A DNA stretch of 64,000 bases from the NCBI RefSeq assembly GCF_964204645.1, contig NC_134027.1, positions 2,140,485 through 2,204,484 on the forward strand, given 5' to 3'. The DNA comes from Tubulanus polymorphus (lineage: Eukaryota > Animalia > Nemertea). The position numbers and the translations under genes were made by a program. Positions 24,471-37,461 of this stretch are shown piece by piece. Below the pieces are notes generated by a model. That model searched no databases. It was not told the origin of the DNA and saw only the letters and a program-made list of their open reading frames with translations. Position 1 is the stretch's first letter. Each line of letters begins with the position of its first letter.

Positions 24471-25309
24471 TACATGTTGTAAATTTATGAATAGCTTTTT
24501 ATTTGTATGTATTATTATTTGTATATATTATATTTCTTTTTAGATTTTTTTTTATGGATTCTGATTTCTACTTGTAAATATTTTTAGATATCTTTTTAAC
24601 TTAAGATTTTAATGATTATTTAAACATTTCAAATATAATCTTAAATTTTTAATTTTCTAAACTTCATAATATCTATACATCAAATCTATTTGAGTGCAAA
24701 TTTTGATAAAGATTTAATTGATAATTAATATTCAAATAATTCTATTGAATAATTTTAATATTCAAAACAACAGAATGAATGCATTCAATCTTAGTTTAAT
24801 ACTGATATCACTTGTTGCATCTATTGTTTTAACGAGATTTTAACCTATAAGTTTGGAGCATTGATATTATTTCATTGCATTAGTCCCGCCTCCTCATTTA
24901 TGGCTGATGGTTGATTTCAGATTTTCAGCTTCTGATAACATTAATATTAATTCAATGCTACGTTATGTTTTGTTGTTCTATTCTTACGAACGTTTTCAAA
25001 GATGACTTTTTGTCGAATTGATATTTGGTAGTGCAGAGGTTGAGATAATTATACAATTTTATAGAATTGTCTAAAATACTGTACCTAGTAACATATAAGT
25101 AGTATTGCTAGTGTACTTCTATTTTCAAGTTGTCCTGTGGTACGACGTTAAACTGCCTCATTTTAACAATACGTTTTATCCATACATTTTATCAGTGATT
25201 TTTATCTATTTGTCCTGTGGTATGACGTTAAACTGCCTCTTTTTAACCGTTTTTATCCATATGTTTTATTGTTTTTACCCATATGTTTTATTGTTTTTAT
25301 CGCCCCTTC

Positions 25310-25815
25310 TTTTTCTACCTTTCTCTATCCTTTCCCTCTCTGTCTCTATCCTTTCCCTCTCTGTCTCTATCCTATCCCTCTCTGTCTCTATCCTTTCCCT
25401 CTCTCTATCCTTTCCCTCTCTCTCTCTAACCCACTAACTCTCTTCCTCTTTCTCTAACCCACTAACTCTCTCCCTCTTTCTCTAACCCACTAACTCTCTC
25501 TTCCTCTTTCTTTAACCCACTAACTCTCTCCTCTCTCTCCTTTCTTCCTCTCACCCCTCTCCTTCATCCTTCCTCCTCTCTCCCTCCTCTCTCTCTCCTC
25601 ACTCTCCTCTCTCTCTCTTTTGCTCTCTTTCTCTCTATCTTGTAAATATTGTAAATTTGTAAATAGTAGTTTTATTTCTCTTGTAAATATTGTAAATTTG
25701 TAAATAGTAGTTTTTATTTCTCTTGTAAATATTGTAAATTTGTAAATAGTCGTTTTTATTTCTCTTTTTAATTTTCTTGTAGATATTGTAAATTTGTAGA
25801 TAGTAGTTTGTTTTT
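25310..25815. repeat. CT-rich micro/minisatellite followed by ~42-bp AT-rich repeats
   Basis: ctctatcctttccctctctgt and ctaacccactaactctct units, then tcttgtaaatattgtaaatttgtaaatagtagt x4. Confidence 0.9.
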
Positions 25816-26199
25816 TTCTTTTTTCATAATTTTCATCGGATCTCACTTTATTCAATACAACAGAATGAATGCATTCAATCTTGGTTTCAAACTATTACTT
25901 TTCACTTTTCACATACATTCGTAGCATTGATACCATTACATTAGATAAGTCCCTCCTCCTTTTGAATTAATATTTGAAAGAAGATTCTAGTTAAGCATAT
26001 TGTAATAAGCGTATTACATCGAAGACATTTTGTCACAGGCTGAAGAGCATTTTATATCATATGTCAAGAAATAGGGATTGGAGTGATGTTGCTTCCTGTG
26101 ATCTCTGATCTGTTAGCTTGCAAGTGTATTTAACCATCTCTTGTTTGTAAATGATTGAGTGTACTTTACCATTACTGGTATGCAATATGCTTTAGCATC

Positions 26200-26725
26200 A
26201 TTGGTTGCAGTTATGAAAAATCATCTCATTGATTGTGCATACCTATCCCTCACTGGTTGCAGTTCACTCCATTGGTTGCAGCTATGAACAATCATCTCAT
26301 CGATTGTGCATACTTCCCCCTCACTGGTTGTCACTTCATTGGTTGCAGCTGAACAATCATCTTAATGATTGAGCGTATTTCCCCTCACTGGTTTGAAATA
26401 TAATTTCCTCTCACTGGTTGCAGTTCACTCCATTGGTTGCAGCTATGAACAATCATCTCAATGATTGAGCTAATTTCCCCTCACTGGTTTGAAATATAAT
26501 TCCCCCTCACTGGTTGCAGTTCTCTCCATTGGTTGCAGCTATGAACAATCATCTCATTGATTGTGCATACTTCCCCTCACTGGTTGCAGTTCACTCCATT
26601 GGTTGCAGCTATGAACAATCATCTCATTGATTGTGCATACTTTCCCCTCACTGGTTGCAGTTCACTTCATTGGTTGCAGCTATGAACAATCATCTCATCG
26701 ATTGTGCATACTTCCTCTCACTGCT
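26200..26725. repeat. ~70-bp tandem repeat with internal subrepeats
   Basis: Unit cctcactggttgcagttcactccattggttgcagctatgaacaatcatctcattgattgtgcatacttcc. Confidence 0.92.
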
Positions 26726-26849
26726 GGTTTGCAGTTTTCAGTTTACATGATGTGTTTGATGATGATAAATGCTGGTTTTATCATTGGCTCTACGCGAACA
26801 GTTATCAAAATGTTTGAAGCCTTTGCCAGACGTTTTGTGGGTTCGATCT

Positions 26850-27600
26850 CTCTAAGAAAAAGCTAAAAGGGATAAGGGTTTCAATTTGGAATACAGTTTG
26901 TCTCCTCCAGCAACAAACGTCCATAGTCTAGAATAAACTGATTTGCATTTGTAAAAAAGCTTTGATAGGTGTATCGCTACATTTCCTACTAGACTCCTCT
27001 CTCTCATCACGAAATATGAATTACTGCCAAATCAATTGGTGGTAATGAAAGTAAATTGTTACAAAACACTGCAAGTGGGTGTCTTGAAACAATGATACAT
27101 ATAATGAAACATTGATAGATGTACTGATCTTGCGGTTTGTTCTACCTCCTTCCTCTGCTACGAGGTGATATATCGTGCCATTTTTATATACAATATAAAA
27201 ATCATAGACAATTAAAATCTTGTGGTGGCATGGCTTCTCCTTTTGTTCTCTATAACTCCCGGTAATGGCCTTGCTATGACATCAAACGAGTATCAAATAC
27301 AGAAGATACTCCGTTATTCTCCTTTAAAAATGGAAAATACTGTTGTTTGCTACTACGGCAAATACTGTTGTTTGCTACTGCATGTTGCTCATTCCACTCT
27401 GTTCTAGGGGTGATATTGAGTTTTGGAGTCTCTTCTCCTTCCCTTGCCTTCTTGAATTGTCAAATAGATGTGATTTACAATACTGATTACTTCCTTATTT
27501 GAAAACTACATGTTGCTGATGCTTGCTATCATTCAACTCTTGTTTTGGTTGTGATATTGAGTTTTAAACGTTGTGTTAGGTGTACATGCCTCCTCTCCTC
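26850..27600 (-). pseudogene. Adenovirus-like pIIIa fragments
   Basis: QDFNCL*FLYCI (~27200; Ad QAFKNLQGLWGV), LYVSLFQDT (~27090; LLIAPFTDS), QSFFTNANQFILDY (~26945; PGMYASNRPFINRLMDY), plus a diverged copy of the 153-bp monomer at ~27400-27570. Confidence 0.5.
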
Positions 27601-27729
27601 TCTCTCCTCTCTCATCAACAATTAAATAAGACACTCCTTGTTTATATACATTTAGTTCTTTGCTGTGGTTTCCTGAATAGAAAAGTTTGAAATTGCTCAT
27701 TGATTGCAGCGCATTTCAAACTATGGATC

Positions 27730-27980
27730 AATTACTGCTAAATCAATTGATGGTGATGAAAGTTAAGTGTTACAAAACACTGTGGGTAAATTACTGCTAA
27801 ATCAATTGGTGGTGATGAAAGTTAAGTGTTACAAAACACTGTGGGTAAATTACTGGTAAATCAATCTGTGGTGATGAAAGTTAAGTGTTACAAAACACTG
27901 TGGGTAAATTACTGCTAAATCAATCTGTAGTGATGAAAGTAAAGTGCTACAAAACACTGTGGGTAAATTACTGCTAAATC
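27730..27980. repeat. 59-bp tandem repeat x4; related single copies at ~27020-27075 and ~35270-35320
   Basis: Unit attactgctaaatcaattggtggtgatgaaagttaagtgttacaaaacactgtgggtaa. Confidence 0.92.
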
Positions 27981-27982
27981 AC

Positions 27983-30900
27983 AACTGATGACCTCCTTTA
28001 ATACTGCTGCTTGCTGCTGGGTGTTAATTGATACACTCTGTTTTGGGGTGAGTCTCCTCCTTCCTTCTTCAACAGTCACGTAGAAACCTGACAAATGAAC
28101 TGAATTGTCAGTGTGTTACATCACTGATGGGCTCCTTTAATACTGCTGCTTGCTGCTGGGTGTTAATTGATACACTCTGTTTTGGGGTGATATTGAGTGC
28201 AGGAGTCTCCTCCTTCCTGCTTCAGCTGTCATGTAGAAACGTGACAAACAAACTGAATTGTCAGTGCGTTACAACACTGATGGGCTCCTTTAATACTGCT
28301 GCTTGCTGCTGGGTGTTAATTGATACACTCTGTTTTGGGGTGATATTGAGTGCAGGAGTCTCCTCCTTCCTGCTTCAACTGTCATGTAGAAACGTGACAA
28401 AGGAACTGAATTGTCAGTGCGTTACAACACTGATGACCTCCTTTAATACTGCTGCTTGCTGCTGGGTGTTAATTCTTACCACCTTTCATGAACTTCTTGA
28501 ATTATTACATTAAACATTATTACAATAAGAATTATTACATTAAACATTATAACATCATGAATCATCCTCCTTAAATACTGCTGCTTGCTGCTGGCTCTGT
28601 TTTGGGGTGATATTGAGTTCAGGATCAGTCTCCTCCTTCCTTCTTCAACTGTCATGTAGAAACATGACAAATGAACTGAATTGTCAGTGTGTTACATCAC
28701 TGATGGGCTCCTTTAATACTGCTGCTTGCTGCTGGGTGTTAATTGATACACTCTGTTTTGGGGTGATATTGAGTGCAGGAGTCTCCTCCTTCCTGCTTCA
28801 GCTGTCATGTAGAAACGTGACAAACAAACTGAATTGTCAGTGCGTTACAACACTGATGGGCTCCTTTAATACTGCTGCTTGCTGCTGGGTGTTAATTGAT
28901 ACACTCTGTTTTGGGGTGATATTGATCGCAGGAGTCTTCTCCTCCCTTCTTCAACTGTCATGTGGAAACGTGACAAACGAACTGAATTGTCAGTGCGTTA
29001 CAACACTGATGACCTCCTTTAATACTGCTGCTTGGTGCTGGGTGTTAATTAATACACTCTGTTTTGGGGTGATATTGAGTTCAGGAGTCTCCTCCTTCCT
29101 TCTTCAACTGTCATGTAGAAACGTGACTAACAAACTGAATTGTCAGTGTGTTACAGCACTGATGACCTCCCTTAATACTGCTGCTTGCTGCTGGGTGTTA
29201 ATAAATACACTCTGTTCAGGGGTGATATTGAGTGCAGGACTCTCCTCCTTCCTTCTTCAACTGTCATGTAGAAATGTGACAAACAAACTGAATTTTCAGT
29301 GTGGTACAACACTGATGACCTCCTTTTAAATACTACTGCTTGCTGCTGGGTGTTAATTGATACACTCTGTTATGGGGTGATATTGAGTTTTGGCGAGTTT
29401 TGCTCCCTGATCATCTTTATTGCGACTTTACGTTTTAAATGTATAAATATTCAAAGCAGCTATCCATCGATAGCTTTGTGGTGGTTGAATCATTGAAATG
29501 TTACTGGTGTTGGTACATTGTATATATTGTAATATATGTCGGTGAAATGGGATTGATTATGTTTCCTGATCGTCCTTATTGCGACTTTACGTTTTAAATG
29601 TATAAATATTCAAAACAGCTATCCATCGATAGCTTTGTGGTGGTTGAATCTTTGAAATGTCGCTGGTGTTGGTACATTGTATAGATTGTAATATATGTCG
29701 GTGAAATTGGATTGATCATGTTTTGTGATCGTCCTTTTTGCGACTTTACGTTTTAAATGTATAAATATTCAAAACAGCTATCCATCGATAGCTTTGTGGT
29801 GGTTGAATCATTGAAATAATGCTGGTGTTGATTCTCTGTGTATACTGTATCAGCAAATATTATCACATTACGCATTTTAAAAGTGTTATACTCAAAGATG
29901 CTATATTTTGATAGCTTCACTTTGGTTCCTTGCACCTGAAGGTTGTTAACTGTCATATAGAAACGTGACAAACAAACTGATTTGTCAGTGTGTTACAAGA
30001 CTGATGACCTCCTTTAATACTGCTGCTTGCTGCTGCTTGTTAATTAATACACTCTGTTTTGGGGTGATATTGAGTTCAAGAGTCTCCTCTTTCCTTCTTC
30101 AACTGTCATGTAGAAACGTGACAAAGGAACTGAATTGTCAGTGCGTTACAACACTGATGGCCTCCTTTAATACTGCTGCTTGCTGGTGGTGTTAATTCTT
30201 ATCACCTTCCATGAATTTCTTGAATTATTACATTAAACATTATTACAATAAGAATTATTACATTAAACATTATAACATCATGAATCATCCTCCTTAAATA
30301 CTGCTGCTTGCTGCTGGCTCTGTTTTGGGGTGATATTGATCGCAGGAGTCTTCTCCTTCCTTCTACAACTGTCATGTAGAAACGTGACAAATGAACTGAA
30401 TTGTCAGTGCGTTACAACACTGATGACCTCCTTTAATACTGCTGCTTGCTGCTGGCTCTGTTTTGGGGTGATATTGATCGCAGGAGTCTTCTCCTTCCTT
30501 CTTCAACTGTCATGTAGAAACGTGACTAACAAACTGAATTGTCAGTGCGTTACAACACTGATGGGCTCCTTTAATACTGCTGCTTGCTGCTGGGTGTTAA
30601 TTCTTACCACCTTCCATGAACTGCTTGAATTATTACATTAAACATTATTACAATAAGAATTATTACATTAAACATTATAACATCATGAATCATCCTCCTT
30701 AAATACTGCTGCTTGCTGCTGGCTCTGTTTTGGGGTGATATTGAGTTCAGGAGTCTCCTCCTTCCTTCTTCAACTGTCATGTAGAAACATGACAAACGAA
30801 CTGAATTGTCAGTGCGTTACAACACTGATGACCTCCTTTAATACTGCTGCTTGGTGCTGGGTGTTAATTAATACACTCTGTTTTGGGGTGATATTGAGTT

Positions 30901-33900
30901 CAGGAGTCTCCTCCTTCCTTCTTCAACTGTCATGTAGAAACGTGACTAACAAACTGAATTGTCAGTGTGTTACAGCACTGATGACCTCCCTTAATACTGC
31001 TGCTCGCTGCAGCATGTTAATAAATACACTCTGTTCAGGGGTGATATTGAGTGCAGGAGTCTCCTCCTTCCTTCTTCAACTGTCATGTAGAAACGTGACA
31101 AACAAATTGAATTTTCAGTGTGGTACAACACTGATGACCACCTTAAATACTGCTGCTTGCTGCTGCGTGTTAATTGATACACTCTGTTATGGGGTGATAT
31201 TGAGTTTTGGTGAGTTTTGCTCCCTGATCATCTTTATTGCGACTTTACATTTTAAATGTATAAATATTCAAAACAGCTATCCATCGATAGCTTTGTGGTG
31301 GTTGAATTATTGAAATGTTACTGGTGTTGGTACATTGTATATATTGTAATATATGTCGGTGAAATATGTCGGTGAAATGGGATTGATCATGTTTCCTGAT
31401 CATCCTTATTGCGACTTAATGTTTTAAATGTATAAATATTCAAAACAGCTATCCATCGATAGCTTTGTGGTGGTTGAATCATTGAAATGTCGCTGGTGTT
31501 GGTACATTGTATATATTGTAATATATGTCGGTGAAATTGGATTGATCATGTTTTGTGATCATCCTTTTTGCGACTTTACGTTTTAAATGTATAAATATTC
31601 AAAACAGCTATCCATCGATAGCTTTGTGGTGGTTGAATCATTGAAATAATGCTGGTGTTGGTTCTTTGTATATATTTTGTAATATATGTCGGTGAAATGG
31701 GATTGATCCTGTTTTGTGATCGTCCTTTTTGCGACTTTACGTTTTAAATGTATAAATATTCAAAACAGCTATCCATCGATAGCTTTGTGGTGGTTGAATC
31801 ATTGAAATAATGCTGGTGTTGGTTCTGTGTATATATATTGTAATATATGTCAGTGAAATGGGGTTGATCATGTTTTGTGATCATCCTTATTGCGACTTAA
31901 CGTTTTAAATGTATAAATATTCAAAACAGCTATCCATCGATAGCTTTGTGGTGGTTGAATCTTTGAAATGTCGCTGGTGTTGGTACATTGTATAGATTGT
32001 AATATATGTCGGTGAAATGGGATTGATCATGTTTTGTGATCATCCTTATTGCGACTTAACTTTTTAAATGTATAAATATTCAAAACAGCTATCCATCGAT
32101 AGCTTTGTGGTGGTTGAATCTTTGAAATGTCGCTGGTGTTGGTACATTGTATAGATTGTAATATATGTCAGTGAAATGGGATTGATCATGTTTTGTGATC
32201 ATCCTTATTGCGACTTTACGTTTTAAATGTATAAATATTCAAAACAGCTATCCATCGATAGCTTTGTGGTGGTTGAATCATTGAAATAATGCTGGTGTTG
32301 GTTCTTTGTATATATTTTGTAATATATGTCGGTGAAATGGGATTGATCCTGTTTTGTGATCGTCCTTTTTGCGACTTTACGTTTTAAATGTATAAATATT
32401 CAAAACAGCTATCCATCGATAGCTTTGTGGTGGTTGAATCATTGAAATAATGCTGGTGTTGGTTCTGTGTATATATATTGTAATATATGTCAGTGAAATG
32501 GGATTGATCATGTTTTGTGATCATCCTTATTGCGACTTAACGTTTTAAATGTATAAATATTCAAAACAGCTATCCATCGATAGCTTTGTGGTGGTTGAAT
32601 CTTTGAAATGTCGCTGGTGTTGGTACATTGTATAGATTGTAATATATGTCGGTGAAATGGGATTGATCATGTTTTGTGATCATCCTTATTGCGACTTAAC
32701 TTTTTAAATGTATAAATATTCAAAACAGCTATCCATCGATAGCTTTGTGGTGGTTGAATCTTTGAAATGTCGCTGGTGTTGGTACATTGTATAGATTGTA
32801 ATATATGTCGGTGAAATGGGATTGATCATGTTTTGTGATCATCCTTATTGCGACTTAACTTTTTAAATGTATAAATATTCAAAACAGCTATCCATCGATA
32901 GCTTTGTGGTGGTTGAATCTTTGAAATGTCGCTGGTGTTGGTACATTGTATAGATTGTAATATATGTCAGTGAAATGGGATTGATCATGTTTTGTGATCA
33001 TCCTTATTGCGACTTTACGTTTTAAACGTATAAATATTCAAAACAGCTATCCATCGATAGCTTTGTGGTGGTTGAATCATTGAAATAATGCTGGTGTTGG
33101 TTCTCTGTGTATACTGTATCAGCAAATATTATCACATTACGCATTTTAAAAGTGTTATACTCAAAGATGCTATTGTTTGATTGCTTCACTTTGGTTCCTT
33201 GCACCTGAAGGTTGTTAACTGTCATATAGAAACGTGACAAACAAACTGATTTGTGAGTGTGTAACAAGACTGATGACCTCCTTTAATACTGCTGCTTGCT
33301 GCTGCGTGTTAATTAATACACTCTGTTTTGGGGTGATATTGAGTTCAGGAGTCTCCTCTTTCCTTCTTCAACTGTCATGTAGAAACGTGACAAACAAACT
33401 GAATTGTCAGCGTGTTACATCACTGATGGCCTCCTTTAATACTGCTGCTTGCTGCTGGGTGTTAATTCTTACCACCTTCCATGAACTTCTTGAATTATTA
33501 CATTAAACATAATTACAATAAGAATTATTACATTAAACATTATAACATCATGAATCATCCTCCTTAAATACTGCTGCTTGCTACTGGCTCTGTTTTGGGG
33601 TGATATTGATCGCAGGAGTCTTCTCTTACCTTCTTCAACTGTCATGTAGAAACGTGACAAATGAACTGAATTGTCAGTGCGTTACAACACTGATGACCTC
33701 CTTTAATACTGCTGCTTGCTGCTGGCTCTGTTTTGGGGTGGTATTGATCACAGGGGTCTTCTCCTTCCTTCTTCAACTGTCATGTAGAAACGTGACAAAG
33801 GAACTGAATTGTCAGTGCGTTACAACACTGATGACCTCCTTTAATACTGCTGCTTGCTGCTGGGTGTAAATTCTTACCACCTTCCATGAACTTCTTGAAT

Positions 33901-35262
33901 TATTAAATTAAACATTATTACAATAAGAATTATTACATTAAACATTATAACATCATGAATCATCCTCCTTATATACTGCTGCTTGCTGCTGGCTCTGTTT
34001 TGGGGTGATATTGAGTTCAGGAGTCTCCTCCTTCCTTCTTCAACTGTCATGTAGAAACATGACAAACGAACTGAATTGTCAGTGCGTTACAACACTGATG
34101 ACCTCCTTTAATACTGCTTCTTGGTGCTGGGTGTTAATTAATACACTCTGTTTTGGGGTGATATTGAGTTCAGGAGTCTCCTCCTTCCTTCTTCAACTGT
34201 CATGTAGAAATGTGACTAACAATCTGAATTGTCAGTGTGTTACAGCACTGATGACCTCCCTTAATACTGCTGCTTGCTGCAGCGTGTTAATAAATACACT
34301 CTGTTCAGGGGTGATATTGAGTGCAGGAGTCTCCTTCCTTCTTCAACTGTCATGTAGAAACATGACAAACAAACTGAATTTTCAGTGTGGTACAACACTG
34401 ATGACCTCCTTTTAAATACTGCTGCTTGGTGCTGGGTGTTAATTAATACACTCTGTTATGGGGTGATATTGAGTTTTGGCGAGTTTGCTCCCTGATCGTC
34501 CTTATTGCGACTTTACGTTTTAAATGTATAAATATTCAAAACAGCTATCCATCGATAGCTTTGTGGTGGTTGAATCTTTGAAATGTTACTGGTGTTGGTA
34601 CATTGTATATATTGTAATATATGTCGGTGAAATGGGATTGATCATGTTTCCTGATCGTCCTTATTGCGACTTAACGTTTTAAATGTATAAATATTCAAAG
34701 CAGCTATCCATCGATAGCTTTGTGGTTTTTGAATCTTTGAAATGTCACTGGTGTTGGTTCTGTGTATATATTGTAATATATGGCGGTGAATTGGGATTGA
34801 TCATGTTTCCTGATCGTCCTTATTGCGACTTATTACGTTTTAAATGTATAAATATTCAAAACAGCTATCCATCGATAGCTTTGTGGTGGTTGAATCATTG
34901 AAATGCTACTGGTGTTGGTACATTGTATATATTGTAACATATGTCGGTGAAATGGGATTGATCATGTTTCCTGATCATCCTTATTGCGACTTTACGTTTT
35001 AAATGTATAAATATTCAAAACAGCTATCCATCGATAGCTTTGTGGTGGTTGAATCATTGAAATAATGCTGGTGTGGTTCTCTGTATATATTGTATCAGCA
35101 AATTATTATCACATTACTCATTTTAAAAGTGTTATACTCAAAGATGCTATTGTTTGATAGCTTCACTTAGGATCCTTGCACCTGAAGGTTGTGAACTGTC
35201 ATATAGAAAAGTGACTAATGAACACAATTGTCAGTGTGTTACAACACTGATGACCTCCTTCA
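27983..35262. repeat. Higher-order satellite: three super-units of 153-bp A monomers (with D inserts), 159-161-bp B monomers (3, 12 and 4 copies) and a C linker
   Basis: A blocks ~27983-29395, 29950-31210 and 33220-34480. B starts (tgcgactt) at 29421.., 31238.. and 34507... The C linker (atcagcaaat..gcacctgaagg) is at ~29850, 33120 and 35095. Confidence 0.95.
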
Positions 35263-35317
35263 ATAGGTGTTGATGGAAGTTACGTGTTACAAAACACTGT
35301 CGGTAAATCACTGCTAA
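35243..35317 (-). pseudogene. Best-preserved pIIIa-like segment, running into the A monomer
   Basis: Stop-free LAVIYRQCFVTRNFHQHLLKEVISV aligns without gaps to recalled Ad pIIIa [25 protein letters not shown] (7 of 25 identical plus conservative changes). Confidence 0.65.
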
Positions 35318-35663
35318 ACAATTGTTTGTGATAAAATTGAAATTTAGTGATCCCTCCCCCTCTTGAATTGTCAAGTTAATTGTGACATAAACTGAATTGT
35401 AAGTGACTTAAGGCTGGGGTGATATTGAGGTTTAATGCCTTCCCCTCCTTTCCCTTCTTGAATTGACAAAACTGAATTGTTAGTGACTTGATTATATTAC
35501 TCCACTTAAGGAGTGATAAAATTGTCGGCGTCTTAACTCTGATGATGAGGTAAACCAGTTTCTAAATCTGTGAGCCGACAGTGTAAAAAACTGTTAGAAT
35601 TCAAATTGCTTTAAACATCTTCAGAAAGATGGTTGATCATCGTAAACACTGGTGAAAACAATT

Positions 35664-35760
35664 TACATCCCAAATTTGCACTTGACGTCCCACTTTGCAT
35701 TTGACGTCCAAATTTGCACTTGACGTCCCACTTTGCACTTGACGTCCCACTTTGCACTTG
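35664..35760. promoter_or_regulatory. 19-bp tandem repeat carrying ATF/CRE sites
   Basis: TGACGTC at 35683, 35702, 35721 and 35740 (19-bp period), each flanked by TTTGCA(C/T). Confidence 0.6.
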
Positions 35761-36021
35761 CACCGACGAATCGATTGCACTAAACAGCACTGGCACACCC
35801 GCGGGTCCATGCGCATGGTTAACAAATTGATCAGCATGCAGCATGCCATCTTTGTGTGTGGAAATAATTTACAAACAGCTGTGAGTTTAAAATTAAAGAA
35901 GGTATTTTTGTGTCATTTCTTGTACAATCTCCAACAACGATGATGTAAAGAAAAACATAATGTCCATTTTATTATGTTGAAAAAATTAAAAGTGTTGCAT
36001 AGTTAAATATTAATGAGTAAA

Positions 36022-37340
36022 ATGAGAGAAAAGAGGAAGAAAGAGAGTCCCAGAGAGAGAAGCGTTGAATTGGTGTCTGTTGTCAGCAGAGATCGTAGGA
36101 AATCTCCACCCCTCAAACAGAAAGTTCAAGATGATACCGAAAGTTTCTGAGGTTCTGAGAAATTTCGCTAAGTCAAGACTATAAATCAGGTAAAATATAT
36201 ATTGCTATAAATTGTTTTGTAGATAAGAATTGAAATTTCTTTTTTTAAGAATTATTCATTTTTTGTGTACATTATAGTATTGAGCTTGTGGTTGGCTGTA
36301 CAATATCAGATGACGGGAAGATCAGATCAGAGATGCTGAACAATTTCTTCTTTCAGTGTTTGTCTGTAGAAATCGAAGGTATTCTGAGGAATCTCCACAT
36401 CAAACAGAAAGTTCAAGAAGATACTAAAAGTTGCTGGAGTTCTGAGCACTTTCTTTTTTAAGTCATAAGTCTGAATTGACTATAATCAGGTATAATTGAA
36501 CTTGATATGAATTTCATTGTAGGAACAGCAGACTTAATGAAGCTGGTTACTTTTATTCTATGTATTTCTGTTGTAGCCAGTGGTTTGTCTGTTTGTTGGT
36601 TGTTGGTATAGAGGAAAGGAACACATCGGAGTTCACGAAGCGTTCAGCAACTTTCTCAAGGTCCAAGTCATGAGTCTGAATTGACTATAAATCAGGTATA
36701 ATTAAACCCGATATGAATTTCATGGTAGGAACAGCAGACTCAATGAAGCTGGTTACTTTTATTCTATGTATTTCTGTTGTAGCCAGTGGTTTGTCTGTTT
36801 GTTGGTTGTTGGTAGAGAGGAAAGGAACACATTGGAGTTCACGAAGCATTCAGCAACTTTCTCAAGGTCCAAGTCATGAGTCTGAATTGACTATAAATCA
36901 GGTATAATTAAACCTGATATGAATTTCATGGTAGGAACAGCAGACTCAATGAAGCTGGTTACTTTTATTTCATGTATTTCTGTTGTAGCCAGTGGTTTGT
37001 CTGTTTGTTGGTTGTTGGTAGAGAGGAAAGGAACACATCGGAGTTCACGAAGCATTCAGCAACTTTCTCAAGGTCCAAGTCATGAGTCTGAATTGACTAT
37101 AAATCAGGTATAATTAAACCTGATATGAATTTCATGGTAGGAACAGCAGACTCAATGAAGCGGGTTACTTTTATTTCATGTATTTCTGTTGTAGCCAGTG
37201 GTTTGTCTGTTTGTTGTGGTCGTTGTTGGTAAAGACATGTAATACTAGAGGAAAGGGAAACATCAAAGTTCTGGAAGTATTGAGCAAATTTCTCCAGGTC
37301 GATGTCGTGACTCTGAATTGACTATAAATCAGGTATAGTT
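36022..37340 (+). pseudogene. Decayed spliced gene with a tandemly amplified 206-bp exon+intron unit
   Basis: MREKRKKESPRERS.. from 36022. Repeated tttctgttgtag|119-nt exon|gtataa with an 87-nt intron, period 206 bp (36713 to 36919 to 37125). The frame is not maintained. Confidence 0.45.
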
Positions 37341-37461
37341 GAAATTTATCTTTGGTGAAGAGTCTTAAAAATGATATCATTATTCATATTTTGTGTTTTG
37401 TCATTGTAGTATTGAGCTTGTGGTTGGCTGTAGAACATCAAACGACAGGAAAAGATCAGAT

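Larger units (their letters stand above)
24760..26725 (-). pseudogene. Adenovirus-like penton base, N-terminal half, fragmentary
   Basis: WSELQP in the ~70-bp repeat (Ad YSELAP), DQRSQEATSLQSLFLD at 26110-26063 (DYSPGEASTQTINLD) and TSDISIKLRLNAFIL at 24815-24771 (ESDIGVKFDTRNFRL), in the expected order. Confidence 0.5.

Noticed and set aside
28127-34415. Cys-rich hydrophobic ORFs (up to 240 aa) made of a 51-aa repeat
   Set aside because: A by-product of a 153-bp (3n) monomer that lacks stops in one frame. ORF ends follow array junctions, and the protein-like signal is on the opposite strand.
27983-34480. Hammerhead ribozyme in the A monomer (CTGATGA and GAAAC both present)
   Set aside because: Stems I and II cannot form around the core.
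29410-35060. B monomer as penton N-terminus (HDQSHF..N..P..Q..N versus NDHSNF..N..P..Q..N)
   Set aside because: A single short match, and a separate penton candidate already lies at 26725-24760. The origin of B is left open.
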